NCBI GenBank assembly: GCA_965644295.1
Contig: CBFFRP010000414.1
Span: forward strand, 35,004-99,003
Length of the DNA: 64,000 nt
Direction: 5' to 3'
DNA from: Paraphysomonas bandaiensis
Lineage: Eukaryota > Protista > Chrysophyceae
The translations under genes and the position numbers were made by a program. Below the pieces are notes generated by a model. That model saw only the letters and a list, made by a program, of their open reading frames with translations. It was not told the origin of the DNA and did no database searches. Shown one piece after another: positions 53,782 to 64,000 of the stretch. Positions within the stretch are counted from its first letter, which is position 1, and each line of letters begins with the position of its first letter.

Positions 53782-56700
53782 TCAACACTAGTACTTCACT
53801 AGGGTACGCTCTCGGAATGGGGCACAATCAAACGTATCAACTGATCGACAGATCTCCAAATAATAACTCATTCACCCTACCCATCATCTGTGTATGGGCT
53901 TCTGCAGGCGATGTCACAGTGCTAACTGAAGCCAAATCAATAAGTACTGGTTTCATACCTAAGACAGTTTCACTGTTACCACTGCGGCTGCTGCCCAGTA
54001 CAGGAAGGAGCGCAACGTGCCTCCACTCAATGTCATTATGCACAAGACTTTTTTCTGACAGTGTCTCGACAGCTTCATAAAGTACATTACGCACAGTAAA
54101 TTCTTTAGAAGTTTCCATGAACGCTTCAAATTTAGAGGTCCATGCATCAAATCGCTCTTCTGCCGGAGCAGAAATCTCCCCCTCCCCCAATATAACATGT
54201 TAAAATCAAAGGAAACGCTACCATTGCGATGAATACAGTGAAAGACAAATGGCATAATTAGCGAATCGGAACAAACCACCCGTGTGCGAAGCACATCAAC
54301 TCCATAGACAGTTTTCCATATGTTGTACTCATTCTCACAAGCACTGGCATCAACACTAGTACTTCACTAGGGTACGCTCTCGGAATGGGGCACAATCAAA
54401 CGTATCAACTGATCGACAGATCTCCAAATAATAACTCATTCACCCTACCCATCATCTGTGTATGGGCTTCTGCAGGCGATGTCACAGTGCTAACTGAAGC
54501 CAAATCAATAAGTACTGGTTTCATACCTAAGACAGTTTCACTGTTACCACTGCGGCTGCTGCCCAGTACAGGAAGGAGCGCAACGTGCCTCCACTCAATG
54601 TCATTATGCACAAGACTTTTTTCTGACAGTGTCTCGACAGCTTCATAAAGCACATTACGCACAGTAAATTCTTTAGAAGTTTCCATGAACGCTTCAAATT
54701 TAGAGGTCCATGCATCAAATCGCTCTTCTGCCGGAGCAGAAATCTCCCCCCTCCCCCAATATAACATGTTAAAATCAAAGGAAACGCTACCATTGCGATG
54801 AATACAGTGAAAGACAAATGGCATAATTAGCGAATCGGAACAAACCACCCGTGTGCGAAGCACATCAACTCCATAGACAGTTTTCCATATGTTGTACTCA
54901 TTCTCACAAGCACTGGCATCAACACTAGTACTTCACTAGGGTACGCTCTCGGAATGGGGCACAATCAAACGTATCAACTGATCGACAGATCTCCAAATAA
55001 TAACTCATTCACCCTACCCATCATCTGTGTATGGGCTTCTGCAGGCGATGTCACAGTGCTAACTGAAGCCAAATCAATAAGTACTGGTTTCATACCTAAG
55101 ACAGTTTCACTGTTACCACTGCGGCTGCTGCCCAGTACAGGAAGGAGCGCAACGTGCCTCCACTCAATGTCATTATGCACAAGACTTTTTTCTGACAGTG
55201 TCTCGACAGCTTCATAAAGCACATTACGCACAGTAAATTCTTTAGAAGTTTCCATGAACGCTTCAAATTTAGAGGTCCATGCATCAAATCGCTCTTCTGC
55301 CGGAGCAGAAATCTCCCCCTCCCCCAATATAACATGTTAAAATCAAAGGAAACGCTACCATTGCGATGAATACAGTGAAAGACAAATGGCATAATTAGCG
55401 AATCGGAACAAACCACCCGTGTGCGAAGCACATCAACTCCATAGACAGTTTTCCATATGTTGTACTCATTCTCACAAGCACTGGCATCAACACTAGTACT
55501 TCACTAGGGTACGCTCTCGGAATGGGGCACAATCAAACGTATCAACTGATCGACAGATCTCCAAATAATAACTCATTCACCCTACCCATCATCTGTGTAT
55601 GGGCTTCTGCAGGCGATGTCACAGTGCTAACTGAAGCCAAATCAATAAGTACTGGTTTCATACCTAAGACAGTTTCACTGTTACCACTGCGGCTGCTGCC
55701 CAGTACAGGAAGGAGCGCAACGTGCCTCCACTCAATGTCATTATGCACAAGACTTTTTTCTGACAGTGTCTCGACAGCTTCATAAAGCACATTACGCACA
55801 GTAAATTCTTTAGAAGTTTCCATGAACGCTTCAAATTTAGAGGTCCATGCATCAAATCGCTCTTCTGCCGGAGCAGAAATCTCCCCCTCCCCCAATATAA
55901 CATGTTAAAATCAAAGGAAACGCTACCATTGCGATGAATACAGTGAAAGACAAATGGCATAATTAGCGAATCGGAACAAACCACCCGTGTGCGAAGCACA
56001 TCAACTCCATAGACAGTTTTCCATATGTTGTACTCATTCTCACAAGCACTGGCATCAACACTAGTACTTCACTAGGGTACGCTCTCGGAATGGGGCACAA
56101 TCAAACGTATCAACTGATCGACAGATCTCCAAATAATAACTCATTCACCCTACCCATCATCTGTGTATGGGCTTCTGCAGGCGATGTCACAGTGCTAACT
56201 GAAGCCAAATCAATAAGTACTGGTTTCATACCTAAGACAGTTTCACTGTTACCACTGCGGCTGCTGCCCAGTACAGGAAGGAGCGCAACGTGCCTCCACT
56301 CAATGTCATTATGCACAAGACTTTTTTCTGACAGTGTCTCGACAGCTTCATAAAGTACATTACGCACAGTAAATTCTTTAGAAGTTTCCATGAACGCTTC
56401 AAATTTAGAGGTCCATGCATCAAATCGCTCTTCTGCCGGAGCAGAAATCTCCCCCTCCCCCAATATAACATGTTAAAATCAAAGGAAACGCTACCATTGC
56501 GATGAATACAGTGAAAGACAAATGGCATAATTAGCGAATCGGAACAAACCACCCGTGTGCGAAGCACATCAACTCCATAGACAGTTTTCCATATGTTGTA
56601 CTCATTCTCACAAGCACTGGCATCAACACTAGTACTTCACTAGGGTACGCTCTCGGAATGGGGCACAATCAAACGTATCAACTGATCGACAGATCTCCAA

Positions 56701-59700
56701 ATAATAACTCATTCACCCTACCCATCATCTGTGTATGGGCTTCTGCAGGCGATGTCACAGTGCTAACTGAAGCCAAATCAATAAGTACTGGTTTCATACC
56801 TAAGACAGTTTCACTGTTACCACTGCGGCTGCTGCCCAGTACAGGAAGGAGCGCAACGTGCCTCCACTCAATGTCATTATGCACAAGACTTTTTTCTGAC
56901 AGTGTCTCGACAGCTTCATAAAGTACATTACGCACAGTAAATTCTTTAGAAGTTTCCATGAACGCTTCAAATTTAGAGGTCCATGCATCAAATCGCTCTT
57001 CTGCCGGAGCAGAAATCTCCCCCTCCCCCAATATAACATGTTAAAATCAAAGGAAACGCTACCATTGCGATGAATACAGTGAAAGACAAATGGCATAATT
57101 AGCGAATCGGAACAAACCACCCGTGTGCGAAGCACATCAACTCCATAGACAGTTTTCCATATGTTGTACTCATTCTCACAAGCACTGGCATCAACACTAG
57201 TACTTCACTAGGGTACGCTCTCGGAATGGGGCACAATCAAACGTATCAACTGATCGACAGATCTCCAAATAATAACTCATTCACCCTACCCATCATCTGT
57301 GTATGGGCTTCTGCAGGCGATGTCACAGTGCTAACTGAAGCCAAATCAATAAGTACTGGTTTCATACCTAAGACAGTTTCACTGTTACCACTGCGGCTGC
57401 TGCCCAGTACAGGAAGGAGCGCAACGTGCCTCCACTCAATGTCATTATGCACAAGACTTTTTTCTGACAGTGTCTCGACAGCTTCATAAAGCACATTACG
57501 CACAGTAAATTCTTTAGAAGTTTCCATGAACGCTTCAAATTTAGAGGTCCATGCATCAAATCGCTCTTCTGCCGGAGCAGAAATCTCCCCCTCCCCCAAT
57601 ATAACATGTTAAAATCAAAGGAAACGCTACCATTGCGATGAATACAGTGAAAGACAAATGGCATAATTAGCGAATCGGAACAAACCACCCGTGTGCGAAG
57701 CACATCAACTCCATAGACAGTTTTCCATATGTTGTACTCATTCTCACAAGCACTGGCATCAACACTAGTACTTCACTAGGGTACGCTCTCGGAATGGGGC
57801 ACAATCAAACGTATCAACTGATCGACAGATCTCCAAATAATAACTCATTCACCCTACCCATCATCTGTGTATGGGCTTCTGCAGGCGATGTCACAGTGCT
57901 AACTGAAGCCAAATCAATAAGTACTGGTTTCATACCTAAGACAGTTTCACTGTTACCACTGCGGCTGCTGCCCAGTACAGGAAGGAGCGCAACGTGCCTC
58001 CACTCAATGTCATTATGCACAAGACTTTTTTCTGACAGTGTCTCGACAGCTTCATAAAGTACATTACGCACAGTAAATTCTTTAGAAGTTTCCATGAACG
58101 CTTCAAATTTAGAGGTCCATGCATCAAATCGCTCTTCTGCCGGAGCAGAAATCTTCCCCCTCCCCCAATATAACATGTTAAAATCAAAGGAAACGCTACC
58201 ATTGCGATGAATACAGTGAAAGACAAATGGCATAATTAGCGAATCGGAACAAACCACCCGTGTGCGAAGCACATCAACTCCATAGACAGTTTTCCATATG
58301 TTGTACTCATTCTCACAAGCACTGGCATCAACACTAGTACTTCACTAGGGTACGCTCTCGGAATGGGGCACAATCAAACGTATCAACTGATCGACAGATC
58401 TCCAAATAATAACTCATTCACCCTACCCATCATCTGTGTATGGGCTTCTGCAGGCGATGTCACAGTGCTAACTGAAGCCAAATCAATAAGTACTGGTTTC
58501 ATACCTAAGACAGTTTCACTGTTACCACTGCGGCTGCTGCCCAGTACAGGAAGGAGCGCAACGTGCCTCCACTCAATGTCATTATGCACAAGACTTTTTT
58601 CTGACAGTGTCTCGACAGCTTCATAAAGTACATTACGCACAGTAAATTCTTTAGAAGTTTCCATGAACGCTTCAAATTTAGAGGTCCATGCATCAAATCG
58701 CTCTTCTGCCGGAGCAGAAATCTCCCCCTCCCCCAATATAACATGTTAAAATCAAAGGAAACGCTACCATTGCGATGAATACAGTGAAAGACAAATGGCA
58801 TAATTAGCGAATCGGAACAAACCACCCGTGTGCGAAGCACATCAACTCCATAGACAGTTTTCCATATGTTGTACTCATTCTCACAAGCACTGGCATCAAC
58901 ACTAGTACTTCACTAGGGTACGCTCTCGGAATGGGGCACAATCAAACGTATCAACTGATCGACAGATCTCCAAATAATAACTCATTCACCCTACCCATCA
59001 TCTGTGTATGGGCTTCTGCAGGCGATGTCACAGTGCTAACTGAAGCCAAATCAATAAGTACTGGTTTCATACCTAAGACAGTTTCACTGTTACCACTGCG
59101 GCTGCTGCCCAGTACAGGAAGGAGCGCAACGTGCCTCCACTCAATGTCATTATGCACAAGACTTTTTCTGACAGTGTCTCGACAGCTTCATAAAGCACAT
59201 TACGCACAGTAAATTCTTTAGAAGTTTCCATGAACGCTTCAAATTTAGAGGTCCATGCATCAAATCGCTCTTCTGCCGGAGCAGAAATCTCCCCCTCCCC
59301 CAATATAACATGTTAAAATCAAAGGAAACGCTACCATTGCGATGAATACAGTGAAAGACAAATGGCATAATTAGCGAATCGGAACAAACCACCCGTGTGC
59401 GAAGCACATCAACTCCATAGACAGTTTTCCATATGTTGTACTCATTCTCACAAGCACTGGCATCAACACTAGTACTTCACTAGGGTACGCTCTCGGAATG
59501 GGGCACAATCAAACGTATCAACTGATCGACAGATCTCCAAATAATAACTCATTCACCCTACCCATCATCTGTGTATGGGCTTCTGCAGGCGATGTCACAG
59601 TGCTAACTGAAGCCAAATCAATAAGTACTGGTTTCATACCTAAGACAGTTTCACTGTTACCACTGCGGCTGCTGCCCAGTACAGGAAGGAGCGCAACGTG

Positions 59701-62700
59701 CCTCCACTCAATGTCATTATGCACAAGACTTTTTTCTGACAGTGTCTCGACAGCTTCATAAAGCACATTACGCACAGTAAATTCTTTAGAAGTTTCCATG
59801 AACGCTTCAAATTTAGAGGTCCATGCATCAAATCGCTCTTCTGCCGGAGCAGAAATCTCCCCCTCCCCCAATATAACATGTTAAAATCAAAGGAAACGCT
59901 ACCATTGCGATGAATACAGTGAAAGACAAATGGCATAATTAGCGAATCGGAACAAACCACCCGTGTGCGAAGCACATCAACTCCATAGACAGTTTTCCAT
60001 ATGTTGTACTCATTCTCACAAGCACTGGCATCAACACTAGTACTTCACTAGGGTACGCTCTCGGAATGGGGCACAATCAAACGTATCAACTGATCGACAG
60101 ATCTCCAAATAATAACTCATTCACCCTACCCATCATCTGTGTATGGGCTTCTGCAGGCGATGTCACAGTGCTAACTGAAGCCAAATCAATAAGTACTGGT
60201 TTCATACCTAAGACAGTTTCACTGTTACCACTGCGGCTGCTGCCCAGTACAGGAAGGAGCGCAACGTGCCTCCACTCAATGTCATTATGCACAAGACTTT
60301 TTTCTGACAGTGTCTCGACAGCTTCATAAAGTACATTACGCACAGTAAATTCTTTAGAAGTTTCCATGAACGCTTCAAATTTAGAGGTCCATGCATCAAA
60401 TCGCTCTTCTGCCGGAGCAGAAATCTCCCCCTCCCCCAATATAACATGTTAAAATCAAAGGAAACGCTACCATTGCGATGAATACAGTGAAAGACAAATG
60501 GCATAATTAGCGAATCGGAACAAACCACCCGTGTGCGAAGCACATCAACTCCATAGACAGTTTTCCATATGTTGTACTCATTCTCACAAGCACTGGCATC
60601 AACACTAGTACTTCACTAGGGTACGCTCTCGGAATGGGGCACAATCAAACGTATCAACTGATCGACAGATCTCCAAATAATAACTCATTCACCCTACCCA
60701 TCATCTGTGTATGGGCTTCTGCAGGCGATGTCACAGTGCTAACTGAAGCCAAATCAATAAGTACTGGTTTCATACCTAAGACAGTTTCACTGTTACCACT
60801 GCGGCTGCTGCCCAGTACAGGAAGGAGCGCAACGTGCCTCCACTCAATGTCATTATGCACAAGACTTTTTTCTGACAGTGTCTCGACAGCTTCATAAAGT
60901 ACATTACGCACAGTAAATTCTTTAGAAGTTTCCATGAACGCTTCAAATTTAGAGGTCCATGCATCAAATCGCTCTTCTGCCGGAGCAGAAATCTCCCCCT
61001 CCCCCAATATAACATGTTAAAATCAAAGGAAACGCTACCATTGCGATGAATACAGTGAAAGACAAATGGCATAATTAGCGAATCGGAACAAACCACCCGT
61101 GTGCGAAGCACATCAACTCCATAGACAGTTTTCCATATGTTGTACTCATTCTCACAAGCACTGGCATCAACACTAGTACTTCACTAGGGTACGCTCTCGG
61201 AATGGGGCACAATCAAACGTATCAACTGATCGACAGATCTCCAAATAATAACTCATTCACCCTACCCATCATCTGTGTATGGGCTTCTGCAGGCGATGTC
61301 ACAGTGCTAACTGAAGCCAAATCAATAAGTACTGGTTTCATACCTAAGACAGTTTCACTGTTACCACTGCGGCTGCTGCCCAGTACAGGAAGGAGCGCAA
61401 CGTGCCTCCACTCAATGTCATTATGCACAAGACTTTTTTCTGACAGTGTCTCGACAGCTTCATAAAGTACATTACGCACAGTAAATTCTTTAGAAGTTTC
61501 CATGAACGCTTCAAATTTAGAGGTCCATGCATCAAATCGCTCTTCTGCCGGAGCAGAAATCTCCCCCCTCCCCCAATATAACATGTTAAAATCAAAGGAA
61601 ACGCTACCATTGCGATGAATACAGTGAAAGACAAATGGCATAATTAGCGAATCGGAACAAACCACCCGTGTGCGAAGCACATCAACTCCATAGACAGTTT
61701 TCCATATGTTGTACTCATTCTCACAAGCACTGGCATCAACACTAGTACTTCACTAGGGTACGCTCTCGGAATGGGGCACAATCAAACGTATCAACTGATC
61801 GACAGATCTCCAAATAATAACTCATTCACCCTACCCATCATCTGTGTATGGGCTTCTGCAGGCGATGTCACAGTGCTAACTGAAGCCAAATCAATAAGTA
61901 CTGGTTTCATACCTAAGACAGTTTCACTGTTACCACTGCGGCTGCTGCCCAGTACAGGAAGGAGCGCAACGTGCCTCCACTCAATGTCATTATGCACAAG
62001 ACTTTTTTCTGACAGTGTCTCGACAGCTTCATAAAGCACATTACGCACAGTAAATTCTTTAGAAGTTTCCATGAACGCTTCAAATTTAGAGGTCCATGCA
62101 TCAAATCGCTCTTCTGCCGGAGCAGAAATCTCCCCCTCCCCCAATATAACATGTTAAAATCAAAGGAAACGCTACCATTGCGATGAATACAGTGAAAGAC
62201 AAATGGCATAATTAGCGAATCGGAACAAACCACCCGTGTGCGAAGCACATCAACTCCATAGACAGTTTTCCATATGTTGTACTCATTCTCACAAGCACTG
62301 GCATCAACACTAGTACTTCACTAGGGTACGCTCTCGGAATGGGGCACAATCAAACGTATCAACTGATCGACAGATCTCCAAATAATAACTCATTCACCCT
62401 ACCCATCATCTGTGTATGGGCTTCTGCAGGCGATGTCACAGTGCTAACTGAAGCCAAATCAATAAGTACTGGTTTCATACCTAAGACAGTTTCACTGTTA
62501 CCACTGCGGCTGCTGCCCAGTACAGGAAGGAGCGCAACGTGCCTCCACTCAATGTCATTATGCACAAGACTTTTTTCTGACAGTGTCTCGACAGCTTCAT
62601 AAAGTACATTACGCACAGTAAATTCTTTAGAAGTTTCCATGAACGCTTCAAATTTAGAGGTCCATGCATCAAATCGCTCTTCTGCCGGAGCAGAAATCTC

Positions 62701-64000
62701 CCCCTCCCCCAATATAACATGTTAAAATCAAAGGAAACGCTACCATTGCGATGAATACAGTGAAAGACAAATGGCATAATTAGCGAATCGGAACAAACCA
62801 CCCGTGTGCGAAGCACATCAACTCCATAGACAGTTTTCCATATGTTGTACTCATTCTCACAAGCACTGGCATCAACACTAGTACTTCACTAGGGTACGCT
62901 CTCGGAATGGGGCACAATCAAACGTATCAACTGATCGACAGATCTCCAAATAATAACTCATTCACCCTACCCATCATCTGTGTATGGGCTTCTGCAGGCG
63001 ATGTCACAGTGCTAACTGAAGCCAAATCAATAAGTACTGGTTTCATACCTAAGACAGTTTCACTGTTACCACTGCGGCTGCTGCCCAGTACAGGAAGGAG
63101 CGCAACGTGCCTCCACTCAATGTCATTATGCACAAGACTTTTTTCTGACAGTGTCTCGACAGCTTCATAAAGCACATTACGCACAGTAAATTCTTTAGAA
63201 GTTTCCATGAACGCTTCAAATTTAGAGGTCCATGCATCAAATCGCTCTTCTGCCGGAGCAGAAATCTCCCCCCTCCCCCAATATAACATGTTAAAATCAA
63301 AGGAAACGCTACCATTGCGATGAATACAGTGAAAGACAAATGGCATAATTAGCGAATCGGAACAAACCACCCGTGTGCGAAGCACATCAACTCCATAGAC
63401 AGTTTTCCATATGTTGTACTCATTCTCACAAGCACTGGCATCAACACTAGTACTTCACTAGGGTACGCTCTCGGAATGGGGCACAATCAAACGTATCAAC
63501 TGATCGACAGATCTCCAAATAATAACTCATTCACCCTACCCATCATCTGTGTATGGGCTTCTGCAGGCGATGTCACAGTGCTAACTGAAGCCAAATCAAT
63601 AAGTACTGGTTTCATACCTAAGACAGTTTCACTGTTACCACTGCGGCTGCTGCCCAGTACAGGAAGGAGCGCAACGTGCCTCCACTCAATGTCATTATGC
63701 ACAAGACTTTTTTCTGACAGTGTCTCGACAGCTTCATAAAGTACATTACGCACAGTAAATTCTTTAGAAGTTTCCATGAACGCTTCAAATTTAGAGGTCC
63801 ATGCATCAAATCGCTCTTCTGCCGGAGCAGAAATCTCCCCCTCCCCCAATATAACATGTTAAAATCAAAGGAAACGCTACCATTGCGATGAATACAGTGA
63901 AAGACAAATGGCATAATTAGCGAATCGGAACAAACCACCCGTGTGCGAAGCACATCAACTCCATAGACAGTTTTCCATATGTTGTACTCATTCTCACAAG
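53782..64000. repeat. Tandem array of a 568-bp unit (567-569), at least 18 copies, running past the window end
   Basis: Unit starts TCAACACTAGTACTTCACTAGG at 53782, 54350 and so on. Units are near-identical. Confidence 0.99.
53837..54349 (-). pseudogene. C-terminal fragment of an atypical (CRN-effector-like) protein kinase, repeated in each array unit
   Basis: ENEYNIWK..YG (helix C), LIMPFVFH (hinge), LVHNDIEWRHVAL (catalytic loop), PVLIDLA (DFG equivalent). No Gly-loop or VAIK. Frameshifted in most units. Confidence 0.7.

Noticed and set aside
53817-54080. 87-aa plus-strand ORF in every array unit
   Set aside because: It is an antisense shadow of the kinase frame with no independent support.
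53782-64000. CRISPR-like array or Helitron tandem array
   Set aside because: Units have no unique spacers. CTAG motifs occur near the junction, but there is no convincing subterminal GC hairpin or TC start.

Overview
Eukaryotic nuclear DNA with compact genes and short GT-AG introns. The gene content is most consistent with a stramenopile protist (inference). The first ~51 kb holds about 12 intron-containing genes: a small membrane protein, a divergent Hsp70-like protein, a processive GT2 cellulose-synthase-like gene with non-canonical motifs, a SHIPPO-repeat protein, an MLO-like/EF-hand protein, a bromodomain-PWWP protein, an FG-GAP type I membrane protein, an unknown coiled-coil protein, a Miro GTPase, a GT32-like/sulfotransferase-like fusion, a Wee1 kinase and an F-box/SPRY protein. 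The 3' part of the GT2 gene is tandemly duplicated (3.5 kb). There are two 5S rRNA genes and one tRNA-Thr(UGU). Intergenic DNA carries five copies of a SINE-like family with variable 9-12 bp target-site duplications and AT/AAT tails. Its 5' head fits most of an HDV-like ribozyme fold, which is the top finding. Other mobile DNA includes hAT-type MITEs, a hAT-like transposase relic and a scrambled Copia relic beside the tRNA. The last ~10 kb is an array of at least 18 copies of a 568-bp unit encoding the C-terminal part of a CRN-like atypical kinase; the reading frame switches with a 1-bp change at a C-run. All gene models and alignments were read by eye, so boundaries are approximate.
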